Assembly: GCA_019058445.1 (NCBI GenBank)
Contig: JAHPZA010000006.1
Coordinates: 992,001-1,056,000, forward strand
Origin: Promethearchaeota archaeon
GTDB lineage: Archaea; Asgardarchaeota; Lokiarchaeia; Sigyniarchaeales; SOKP01
Direction: 5' to 3'
Length of the DNA stretch: 64,000 nucleotides
The notes under the pieces are model-generated. The model had not been told where the DNA came from, made no database searches, and saw nothing but the letters and a program-made list of their open reading frames with translations. The position numbers were made by a program, and so were the translations under genes. Shown one piece after another: positions 40,728 through 50,153 of this stretch; position 1 is the first letter of the stretch; each line of letters opens with the position of its first letter.

Positions 40728-41930
40728 TTGATGATTAGCCATAAAGATGAAAGGTCATATGTTCAAAAAAGGTTGTACATTTATCATTTCTTAAATGACG
40801 GGATTACCTTTGTATTACCAGTTCTAATGGTTAGTTTATATTTTGAATTTAACTTAAATTGGTTCCAAATTGGGTTAATTTTTGCCTTTAATTCTCTGGC
40901 GACAATAATCTTTCAATTAATTGTGGGTTATTTCACAGATCAAAATAATAATAAAACTTTAATGTTATTTGGGTTGTTTTTATTAGCTTTATCATCCTTT
41001 TTAATGATAATTTCATTTGATTTTGTTAGTTTACTGATTTTTGCCACTATATCTGGAATTGCTTTGGCTTTTCAGCATTCTATCGCCTATGCGACGACGA
41101 GTAGAATGTATCAAGAGAAAAATGATATTATGATTGGTCGTCAAGGAGCAGCGGGAGATTTGGGCAAGTGCATTGCGGTTTTTTCATCTGCTTTACTTTT
41201 AATCTTCTTTAGTTCATGGAAATTAGTGTTGTTAATTTGGGCATTCATCTGTTTGCTGATTTTCATAGTTATTACGATTAATTTCCGTAATATAACCTTT
41301 GAAGAATATTATAATCATGATAGTGTGAATGAGATCAAGGTACCTAATAAAGTTGAGAAAGAACTCCGGAAAATATTAGTTATTTTGGTATTTATTATCT
41401 ATATCCTCTTTTTGGCAATATATTCATTGTTAATAATTAATCTGGCAATCTATTTAAGAGTAGAAAAAACGGGCATCGTTTCGGAATACTCTGGATTAAT
41501 TATGGGATATACCTTAATTTTCGGTGTCATTGGGGCGTATTTTTCAGGTAGTATGAAAAAGAAATATGGAATGACAAATTCTCTAATTTTTTTCAGTATT
41601 TTAATGATAGGGGTGGTAATAATATACATCCTTTTAGATACAAGTGATTTGATAATAAATTTATTATTTTATGCTCTGCTTGGATTTTTATTATTTTTGC
41701 TATATCCCCAATTACTTGCTGCCATAAATGATTGTTTTCATCATAAAAAAATTGGATTTGGATATGGCATAGTTCTAAGTTGTGGATGGCTTGGAAATTT
41801 TATTGGATTCTTAATTGGTGGATATTTCGCTAATCTTTATTCAGCTAATATGTTTTTCATCATTAGTATTATTTTTTTTGTCATGGTAATTGTTTTATCC
41901 CTAATAATAAAGATAAATCATAAGATATAA
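40728..41930 (+). CDS. MFS transporter
   Basis: About 12 TM; HFLND and GYFTD motifs. Confidence 0.88.
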   Translation: MMISHKDERSYVQKRLYIYHFLNDGITFVLPVLMVSLYFEFNLNWFQIGLIFAFNSLATIIFQLIVGYFTDQNNNKTLMLFGLFLLALSSFLMIISFDFVSLLIFATISGIALAFQHSIAYATTSRMYQEKNDIMIGRQGAAGDLGKCIAVFSSALLLIFFSSWKLVLLIWAFICLLIFIVITINFRNITFEEYYNHDSVNEIKVPNKVEKELRKILVILVFIIYILFLAIYSLLIINLAIYLRVEKTGIVSEYSGLIMGYTLIFGVIGAYFSGSMKKKYGMTNSLIFFSILMIGVVIIYILLDTSDLIINLLFYALLGFLLFLLYPQLLAAINDCFHHKKIGFGYGIVLSCGWLGNFIGFLIGGYFANLYSANMFFIISIIFFVMVIVLSLIIKINHKI

Positions 41931-42077
41931 TTCCTTAAATTATACCATGTGTGCAAATGCATCTATTATCATTATTTATATGATCAATTATATGGCATTT
42001 CTTAAAGTTTGCCGTATTTATCATTATTAATAAAAGTTAATTTCAAATAACAAAAAAAGAAAACAAAAAGCGATTTT

Positions 42078-42863
42078 ATGAGACAAAAACTAGATTTAAA
42101 CATTCCTAAATATAAGATATTTGATTTTCATAGGCATATATCAAATTTGAGCGAATTCGAACAAAATTTAACTGAATTTAATATAGATAAATTTTGTTTA
42201 ATGCCCACTACGATAGAAAACGATTTTGAAAATATTTCTTCTTATATTGAAAATATTAAACCGTATTATGAAAAATACAAAGATAGAGCGCTGATTTTTG
42301 GAGCATTAGATTTCTCAAATGATTACAATTATAATAGAGAGCTATTAGAAAAACAAAAAAAAAATATAAATATAAGAGGTATAAAACTGCACCCTGACCA
42401 AGGATTTGAGCTAACTAAGAAATTTTTAAAACCGTACTTCCACGCAATATCTGATGTATTTGGTTATAAGATACCCATTTATGTTCATACGGATTGGCCA
42501 TTGAAAGAAGAACAGAGGTATGCTCCAGATAGTATAAAAAATACTTTTGACAAAATAGTTGCTAATTTTTCAGATTTTAACTTTATAATGGGACATGCAG
42601 GAGGTTCAGGTGCGTACTTAAACGTGTGGAAAAGCTGTAAAAAATTTCCTAATGTGTATCTGGAAACTTCAATGTCTCCAGTAACCTCACCTTTGGAGGA
42701 AGTTATATGGAAAATAGGTCCCCAAAAATTGCTATTTGGGAGTAATTACCCTTATTGCGCAACAAGCATAGAACTTGTAAAATTACAAAGTCTCTATAAA
42801 ATATCCGAAGAAGATATAAGGATGGCTCTAGAATCAAATGCGGAGGTGTTATTTTCAAAATGA
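42078..42863 (+). CDS. amidohydrolase_2 family protein
   Basis: DFHRH, GIKLHP, GHAGG and LFGSNYP. Confidence 0.88.
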   Translation: MRQKLDLNIPKYKIFDFHRHISNLSEFEQNLTEFNIDKFCLMPTTIENDFENISSYIENIKPYYEKYKDRALIFGALDFSNDYNYNRELLEKQKKNINIRGIKLHPDQGFELTKKFLKPYFHAISDVFGYKIPIYVHTDWPLKEEQRYAPDSIKNTFDKIVANFSDFNFIMGHAGGSGAYLNVWKSCKKFPNVYLETSMSPVTSPLEEVIWKIGPQKLLFGSNYPYCATSIELVKLQSLYKISEEDIRMALESNAEVLFSK

Positions 42864-43720
42864 TAATCTATAAAGATGAGGAATACCGTTTATGGGATGC
42901 CCATTCTCACTTTTCCAATTTGGTGGCAAGACCATTGAAATCTTTTCTGAAAGCTTTAGCAATCTATGAGATAATGGATTTAATTTTCGCGAATTGGCAA
43001 AGGTTCAAAAGCATATCTGAGGACAGAACAGAGAAGAACGTGTATCTATATAAGTTAATATTAGATTTTTATCAAATTGATAAGGCAATTCACTTACCCG
43101 TTTTTAAAATGGATAGAAAACTAAGTTATAGAATGAACGAGTTATTTCCCCAAAAACTTTTTGGATTTGGTTATATTAATCCGAGGTCAAAAAAACTTGA
43201 TCAGGACCTTCAAGATCTTGTTGATCATAAGGTATATGGCATTAAAATACACCCAGATATTATGAAATTTACTTTTAAGACAGCTCAAGAAGAACTTATA
43301 AAAATTCTTCGATTTTGTGGCGAAAATAAAATTATCGTATTATCTCATACAGGGAGTCATTCAACACTTAAGAACTTAACACCCATTTTAAAGAAAAGTG
43401 AAGAATCGGTTTTTATTATAGGGCATTCAGGATTATGTCCTCAAGTTTCAGATGCTCTTCAAGTGGCAAAGGAGTGTCCTAATTCGTATTTAGAAATGTC
43501 GGGTAATCCATATACTTACAAATTCATAGAAGCCATAAAAGATCCTGACATCGGTGTGGAAAGAATATTGTTTGGCACAGATATTCCTAGCTTACATCCT
43601 AGGGTTGAAATTCAGAAAGTCTTAGCACTTCCAATCTCAACAGAAGAAAAACGACTTATATTCTCCTACAATCTAGAAAGAGTAATGAGAGATTTCTTAA
43701 AGGATAAGTTTAAAATATAA
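42860..43720 (+). CDS. amidohydrolase_2 family protein
   Basis: DAHSH, GIKIHP, GHSG and LFGTDIP. Confidence 0.88.
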   Translation: MIIYKDEEYRLWDAHSHFSNLVARPLKSFLKALAIYEIMDLIFANWQRFKSISEDRTEKNVYLYKLILDFYQIDKAIHLPVFKMDRKLSYRMNELFPQKLFGFGYINPRSKKLDQDLQDLVDHKVYGIKIHPDIMKFTFKTAQEELIKILRFCGENKIIVLSHTGSHSTLKNLTPILKKSEESVFIIGHSGLCPQVSDALQVAKECPNSYLEMSGNPYTYKFIEAIKDPDIGVERILFGTDIPSLHPRVEIQKVLALPISTEEKRLIFSYNLERVMRDFLKDKFKI

Positions 43721-43753
43721 CAACTAACAAAAAATAAAAAAAAGGATAAAAAT

Positions 43754-45148
43754 TTATAGCCCTAATTCGGCTAATTTTTCTTTATTTATTCTTACTTTTT
43801 CGTTGTTGAGGTCATATAATTTCCAAAAGGTCAAAGTTGATATGAGAATGAAGATCATTGGAAATAAGGCAAGATGCATTTGTATTCCCCAAATGGCCTC
43901 GGCAGATTGCACTTCCACATTCTCATTAAATCCTGTGAGAGTATGCACAATTGCAAAGGTTAATGCTTGCGCAACTATAGAAAAACGGCCAAAAAAGGCT
44001 CTCACTCCATAGGTTATGCCTTCAGATCGTTTCCCAGTTCGTATGACTTGCTCATCAATGACATCCCCTAATACCGGATCCAGCAATATCCAAAAGCCTC
44101 CGAGACCAAAACCCCATATAAGGATTGCAAATACAAACAAATAATAATCCGTAATAAAAATGAGGGGTGCAGTAACTACGGTCATTATGGCCCCTGCAAG
44201 AATAATCGATTTTCGGTTATCATTAATTTTGTGTCCAATAACTATCCATACTGGGAAAGAGATTAGTGAACCGACAAGAAAGCCTACCATTACTAATGTT
44301 ATGGCTTCAGCTTCCATTCTAAAAATATAACGCACTAAATAGGGAATAGAAGCAATCATGCAGGCCGTCATGGATTGATATAATACAAAGGCAATGAAAT
44401 AGGCTACAAAATTCTTTTGTTTGATCTGTGTTATCATCGTCTTGAAAAAGGGGTCCCTCTCTGGTTCCTCTAACGTTTTTGCAAGGTAAAGATCAACGTA
44501 GACTTGATCATCTCGAACGCCAGGGATTGCTAAAGATAATGCAATTAATCCTATTATTATGACAACAATAGCTTGTATGAAGTAGGAATTTACATCGCCA
44601 AATGTTATAAATAAAGGTGGTATAACAGCTCCTAATACAATGCCAAAAACAGAGATCATGATTCCTAGTCCTGCAGCAGTTCTGCGTTCCTTAACTGAAC
44701 GAAACTTATCTGGAAACAGTGCGTAGAAATTGACCATATAAATGGATTGGAAAGTATCATACAAACATGTTGCGAGTAGTATCCACAAAAATATCAACAA
44801 CGCTCCTTTTACTGGATCTTGATTTGGGGGAGTATATAAGAGAATATAACAAATAATCCATGGAATCCCTCCAAAAAGAATAAATGGAAAGCGTCGACCC
44901 CATTTCTTAGTAAACTTAAATGGTCTATCTGTGAGGTAGCCAATAATGGGATCATTAATCGCATTATATATGGCAAAAATTATGAATCCAAGTCCAATTA
45001 ACCATACATTCAATTTAATTTCAGTTTCGTAAAAAAAGAACACGTACGCTCCAAACGCCATAGTCAAAAACTCATCATTAAACCGTCCAAACCCGTTCGA
45101 AAAATAGACGAGTTTAGAGTGTTTTACTTCAGTTTCGGATTTATTCAT
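43754..45148 (-). CDS. MFS transporter, GPH/MelB-like
   Basis: NAINDPIIGYLTDR...WGRRFP and GKRSEG. Confidence 0.92.
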   Translation of the reverse strand: MNKSETEVKHSKLVYFSNGFGRFNDEFLTMAFGAYVFFFYETEIKLNVWLIGLGFIIFAIYNAINDPIIGYLTDRPFKFTKKWGRRFPFILFGGIPWIICYILLYTPPNQDPVKGALLIFLWILLATCLYDTFQSIYMVNFYALFPDKFRSVKERRTAAGLGIMISVFGIVLGAVIPPLFITFGDVNSYFIQAIVVIIIGLIALSLAIPGVRDDQVYVDLYLAKTLEEPERDPFFKTMITQIKQKNFVAYFIAFVLYQSMTACMIASIPYLVRYIFRMEAEAITLVMVGFLVGSLISFPVWIVIGHKINDNRKSIILAGAIMTVVTAPLIFITDYYLFVFAILIWGFGLGGFWILLDPVLGDVIDEQVIRTGKRSEGITYGVRAFFGRFSIVAQALTFAIVHTLTGFNENVEVQSAEAIWGIQMHLALFPMIFILISTLTFWKLYDLNNEKVRINKEKLAELGL

Positions 45149-45449
45149 TTTTAAGACCGTGTTATTTTAGTTTTGACTAAAATTTGTAGTAATTTAATTT
45201 TAATATTGAATATTCTAACTTATATAATTTATTTAAAATTCATGTTGAAACATCATATTTTATGAAGAGAGATGGTAATATAGACTCAAAATGGATCAAG
45301 AATATTTAAATGAATAATTCATAGGAATAAGCTCTTATAGAAATACTTAAAAAAATTAAAAATCAAATTTTTTTCATTATTTTTGAACTTTATTCGAGTA
45401 ATAAGCTATTAATCAAATTTATATAGTTTTTATTCACATAATTATATAT

Positions 45450-45908
45450 ATGGTTCAATTAGATGACAAAGATAGAGAAATTCTTACCATTCTACAAGAA
45501 AACTATAGAATTTCTTACAAAGATTTAGGTCGAAAGGTGAATATGGCAGCCAGTTCAGTGCATAACAGGGTTCAAAACATGATCAAATCAGGAGTAATAA
45601 AAGAGTTTGATACAATTATTGATCCCTTTAAAGTTGGTTTCGACACCATTGCTATCATAGGCCTTTCTGTGGATCCTTTAAAATTGAATGAAATTGCCGA
45701 AAAAATTGCCACTTATGATGAAGTTCAATTAGTCGCTACAACTACGGGAGATCATGATATTATAGTAAGAGTGATTGAAAAAAACGAGAAGGATCTGTGG
45801 CGATTTATAAATAATAATATCAAAACCATAGAAGGAGTAAGATCCCAAATGGATGCATCAAGCTATATAGACGTTTTTAAAATGACCCATAAGATAAGTC
45901 TAAAGTAG
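45450..45908 (+). CDS. Lrp/AsnC family regulator
   Basis: LDDKDREIL HTH; TTGDHD. Confidence 0.93.
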   Translation: MVQLDDKDREILTILQENYRISYKDLGRKVNMAASSVHNRVQNMIKSGVIKEFDTIIDPFKVGFDTIAIIGLSVDPLKLNEIAEKIATYDEVQLVATTTGDHDIIVRVIEKNEKDLWRFINNNIKTIEGVRSQMDASSYIDVFKMTHKISLK

Positions 45909-45989
45909 GATAAGTTATGAAATTTTAATTTAAATCAATTTTTATAGGGAGAATAATAGTTTTAAAAAAAAGTTCGGAGGGAGTGATGA

Positions 45990-46739
45990 ATTATTCTTTA
46001 TTGGATTATTTTTTTTAGTATTTTAGGGAGTATTGGGGCAATATTAGCAGCAGTAGCTTTCATTGAACTAGGGGAGTTTGTTCAAAAATCACTTGTTTCA
46101 ATTTTGGTTGCCTATGCAACGGGAACTTTACTAGCAGCAGCTACACTCGGAATGCTCCCTACAGCAATAACAAGAGCTAAGGATGGGCTACAAATAGTAA
46201 TGATATTTTTCTTAGGAGGTATTTTGTTTTTCTTCATCTTGGAGAAATTAGTTATATGGCGTCACTGTCATGATATTGAATGTGAGGTTACCCATTCTGC
46301 TGCTGGACCTATAATTCTTATTGGAGATGCATTCCATAATCTTATTGATGGCGTTGTAATTGCCGCAGCCTTTCTTGTTAATTTTCATATTGGTATTGCT
46401 GTAAGTTTATCTGTAATTGCTCATGAGATTCCCCAAGAAATAGGCGATCTTGCTGTCCTTATCGATAAAGGTTATTCGAAAAAGAAAGCCTTTTTCTATA
46501 ACTCCTTATCTGGTTCAACAACGATCCCGGCAGCCATTCTTGGTTATTTTATTTTAGATATTATCTCTGAAGCTATACCTTTTGTGTTGGCAATTTCTGC
46601 TGCAAGTTTTATTTATATTGCTTTATCAGATTTAACTCCAGAACTTCATCAGAAAGTAGGATTGAAATATAGCTTAAGACAATTATTTTTAATTTTAGCT
46701 GGAATTGGAACTATGCTATTTATATTTTCATTAAAATAA
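45990..46739 (+). CDS. ZIP family metal transporter (N-terminus lacks an in-frame ATG)
   Basis: HCH loop, GDAFHNLIDG and AHEIPQEIGD. The frame is open from ATT at 45990 and encodes TM1 (IILYWIIFFSILGS). Confidence 0.88.
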   Translation: MILYWIIFFSILGSIGAILAAVAFIELGEFVQKSLVSILVAYATGTLLAAATLGMLPTAITRAKDGLQIVMIFFLGGILFFFILEKLVIWRHCHDIECEVTHSAAGPIILIGDAFHNLIDGVVIAAAFLVNFHIGIAVSLSVIAHEIPQEIGDLAVLIDKGYSKKKAFFYNSLSGSTTIPAAILGYFILDIISEAIPFVLAISAASFIYIALSDLTPELHQKVGLKYSLRQLFLILAGIGTMLFIFSLK

Positions 46740-46897
46740 CAAGTATATTACCTTCAATTTTTTTTACTATATATATTCTAAATATGAGTTCTAGTAAAAT
46801 TGGGAGTATGAATATTATTCTTAGATGAAGTGTTGTCTCGAATATTCATCAGATATAATAATTAATCCTAGAATGATATTCGACAGATTTATATGCG

Positions 46898-46917
46898 ATT
46901 ATTCATATATGAATAAT
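46898..46917. promoter_or_regulatory. perfect 20-bp palindrome ATTATTCATATATGAATAAT
   Basis: Read directly from the sequence, upstream of the NifU-like gene. Confidence 0.55.
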
Positions 46918-47154
46918 GGAAATTACCCATTTATTGTTAATATTGAAGAATAGTTAAATTGAATCCTGTTCGATAGAATGAATAGCTATCATAAGGAAAT
47001 AAATATGGAAGAATTTTCGGAAAAAATTCTTGAAAAAAATGAAAATTTAGATTCTAATAATTGCCAAAGGGTGCAAAATTTTGGCAATAGACTTCGAAAT
47101 TATTTTTATGGGTAAACTTCCTTCTGAACCAAAGATAGGTCAACAGGGTGCAAA

Positions 47155-47592
47155 ATGGTCAAGAATCAATTTAATAAATTTGTAGATAACCTTCAAAAAG
47201 AAGTTATAGAAAAAGAAATTGAAGATTATAATGAATATATTGTGCAATTATTTCATAATCCAAAGAACTGGGGGAGGCTACCTGAGAATGAAATCTCTAT
47301 TTCGCAATCTTATACAGGGCCCTGTAGAGATACAATGTGGTTTTTCTTGAATATTAACGATGGAGTAATTGAAAAAGCAAATTTCATTACTGACGGCTGT
47401 GGGGCTTCGGTCGCAACAGCCAGCCAAACTACATTACTAATTGAGGGTAAATCCTTGGAATTTGCAGAAAAACTAAAATCTAAAGATATAGACGAAGCTC
47501 TAAAAGGATTACCAGAAGATCATAAACATTGTGCAGAATTGGCAGTAAGAACTTTAAAGCGCGCAATTAAGAAATATAAAGATAAGATATAA
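47155..47592 (+). CDS. NifU/IscU-like Fe-S scaffold protein
   Basis: NPKNWG, GPCRD, DGCGAS and KHCAELA. Confidence 0.9.
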   Translation: MVKNQFNKFVDNLQKEVIEKEIEDYNEYIVQLFHNPKNWGRLPENEISISQSYTGPCRDTMWFFLNINDGVIEKANFITDGCGASVATASQTTLLIEGKSLEFAEKLKSKDIDEALKGLPEDHKHCAELAVRTLKRAIKKYKDKI

Positions 47593-47723
47593 TACTTAAG
47601 TTATAAAAAGATGAAAAATCAATGCCAATGAGCTGTTGTCATTATAGTTATTACCCAATCATAATAAAAAGTGATAATAAAAAGAACATTAATCAAAAAA
47701 ATAAGAAGAGGTCATAGTTAAAG

Positions 47724-47960
47724 ATGAAGTTCTGTCCAGATTGTGAGAATATTTTACTACCTAAAGGTGATAAGCTCTACTGTAAAATTTGTGATTTATA
47801 TTTTAAGTTAGATTTTATTGATAAAGATGATTATGTCTTGGAAAAAATAATATGCCATAATGAAAAAGAATTTACTCCTCTTATAACTAAAGCCCCGTTA
47901 GAAGAAGACCGGATTACTGATGAAGATAGAAAGGCTCATGAAGATTATTTTACTTCCTGA
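47724..47960 (+). CDS. RpoM/TFS/Rpb9-like N-terminal zinc ribbon protein
   Basis: MKFCPDCENILLP...LYCKIC; no C-terminal ribbon. Confidence 0.7.
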   Translation: MKFCPDCENILLPKGDKLYCKICDLYFKLDFIDKDDYVLEKIICHNEKEFTPLITKAPLEEDRITDEDRKAHEDYFTS

Positions 47961-48308
47961 AAATGGTTAAGCATATAAAATTTAATAAATATTGTCAGAG
48001 TTCAGAATTATTTGAGTAATAAGAGTTTATATTATTATGGAATCAATGGTTCTAAGAAGGGCAAAATTATTGTTGACCTATCTTCTAAATGATGAAAGTG
48101 GTGCGAATTACTCTATATAATCTTAGAGAAATTTCGAGATGATGGTGTAATAGACTTAAAACAAATTAATTTCGATGAAAATTGCAAACTAGCTAAGGAT
48201 GAATGTATTTTAAAATGAACTAAAAGAAATAAGAACACCAAAAATCCAACAATAAACGATGTTTTGATTATTAACCATTGTCTTTTTGATTTTTATTAAT
48301 ACTTGGAA

Positions 48309-48488
48309 CTACTTTCTGACTATTTTTGTTCCACATTTTGGACAAGTCTGTTGATAACACGGCATTCCGATTTGATGTTTAACTTCCTTACCACAATTTG
48401 GACAGACACATAATCCATCGGGTCCTGCAGCTTTAGAACCCCCCATTCTTCCTCTTCCTCCACCACTTCTTCTACCTCGACCACTCAA
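48309..48488 (-). CDS. 59-aa Gly/Arg-rich double CxxC small metal-binding protein
   Basis: Not in ORF track. MSGRGRRSGGGRGRMGGSKAAGPDGLCVCPNCGKEVKHQIGMPCYQQTCPKCGTKIVRK; GGAGGT RBS upstream. Confidence 0.85.
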   Translation of the reverse strand: MSGRGRRSGGGRGRMGGSKAAGPDGLCVCPNCGKEVKHQIGMPCYQQTCPKCGTKIVRK

Positions 48489-48698
48489 AACTTAATACCT
48501 CCAATCATGATTTTTTTTTATTTAATATATATTTATTACATAGTCTCTTTCCTGATTTCGTTTATCTTATCAGACCTATCAGGTAAGTTGATATCTTATT
48601 CTTAATTTGTGTATTCTACAAGTAATTCGCGAATGCTGATGGTATAAAATTTTCCCTTTTAATACAGTATTTTTTAGCAAATAATCAGATAAAATCAA

Positions 48699-49283
48699 TT
48701 ACAGAATGATCCAATCTTGATTATTCATTTTTTGTGTCTGACTTAGACTAATAATTTGTTTACTAAGTCTTTGAACATTTTTCAAGGCTTCTTCATCCTT
48801 TGAAACATCATTTTCATGGAAACCAAATCCGAGGACTCCTGCTAATTTATTCATTTTTAGTCTTGATAAATATCCTTCCATCTCGTTTAGTCCAGAGCCA
48901 ATATCACGTCGCCCAACAATAATATAACTTCCTATTTTATCTTTTAGTTGCCCTTTTCTTAAATGCCAAGTTCTTTCCATAAAAGCTCTCATTAATGAAG
49001 TTACACCCCCCATAAAGATAGGACTCGATAAAATAATCACCTGGGCCTCCCTAAGCTTATCATAGAGAATTTGCATGTCGTCTTTAATGGAACAGGCATC
49101 GTTATCCATACAATAATAACATTCTTTGCAAGAGTTTATGGTGTAATCTTTTAAAAAAATTTTCTCTATTTTAAAATTATCTTTTAGCAAATCTAAAAGC
49201 TTATTTGTTAAAAATGCTGTATTTCCGTTTTCTCTCGGTGATCCAATAATTGCAAATACGTTATTCTTTTCCATATTACTCAT
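48699..49283 (-). CDS. iron-sulfur flavoprotein / flavodoxin family
   Basis: GSPRENGNT, CKECYYC...CSIKDDM and SPIFMG. Confidence 0.92.
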   Translation of the reverse strand: MSNMEKNNVFAIIGSPRENGNTAFLTNKLLDLLKDNFKIEKIFLKDYTINSCKECYYCMDNDACSIKDDMQILYDKLREAQVIILSSPIFMGGVTSLMRAFMERTWHLRKGQLKDKIGSYIIVGRRDIGSGLNEMEGYLSRLKMNKLAGVLGFGFHENDVSKDEEALKNVQRLSKQIISLSQTQKMNNQDWIIL

Positions 49284-49434
49284 AGATTTTTTTATTTTAT
49301 TTTGAATAATTATTCACTACTAGATGATCAATTATTAGATATAAATATACTATTTAAGCATTATGAATAATCATCCAGTATATTCGTTTGTATCTTCCTC
49401 ATATTGTTTAGTTGTTATGTCAATCATAATTTAC

Positions 49435-49590
49435 TTAACTTCTAATAATTTCTACGTTTACATACTTCTTCTCTTCAGGAACACCCTTTAGAACATCTAT
49501 AAAACCTAGTATGATATTATTGAGTACATTACTCATTATTTCATTTAATGGGACCTCTTTATCATCAACCAATAACTTTACTTTTTGCAT
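49435..49590 (-). CDS. 51-aa protein resembling a stand-alone MobB C-terminal domain
   Basis: Not in ORF track. MQKVKLLVDDKEVPLNEIMSNVLNNIILGFIDVLKGVPEEKKYVNVEIIRS. Confidence 0.65.
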   Translation of the reverse strand: MQKVKLLVDDKEVPLNEIMSNVLNNIILGFIDVLKGVPEEKKYVNVEIIRS

Positions 49591-50153
49591 TATTATCAAT
49601 TCCTTATTTTTTATTATCTAAGTAGAAATAAATAATGGGAGTAAATAAAAGAGCATTATATTTTTATGACCACTTTTATTTACTCTCTTTCTTTCTATAA
49701 TTTCCTAATGGATCACTAAAACGTTTAGCTCTCCTAGGGGATACTCTAGCGTAATAATTAGTATTGAAAAAAGATTGCAGTTACTCGCTGAATTAGAAGA
49801 AAACGAGTATATAGAAATAAAGAAATGTTGACAGATTAGATATACTCATCTCAAATTCAGAAAAAAAACATTAAAAGAAATCTAATTTCAAGAATTGAAA
49901 TATTTTAAATTTTTTTTTTATGCTTTTTATATTTGCAATTATGAATGAAGCAAGCCAAACGTTAAATTTGTAAATGAACGAAAAAAAATAAGTTCTAAAC
50001 AGTTCATTAAGGTAAGTGATAAAACTATTAGGTCCTTTTATAAAAAATATTTCAATATGTTGGTTTCACATTGTAAAAAAGCGTAATCTTTTTTTTGTAA
50101 TTTGAATTTTTGTTAAATATTCGATAAAATAAAAATTCTATTAATTAATATTT

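Noticed and set aside
45981-45992. Selenocysteine read-through of TGA-TGA before the ZIP gene
   Set aside because: No upstream in-frame start, not a Cys-equivalent position, and no SECIS recognised.
48560-48645. Possible structured RNA (ACCTATCAG/CTGATGGT, ATTCGCGAAT)
   Set aside because: Stems are short and bulged; not distinguishable from chance without covariation data.
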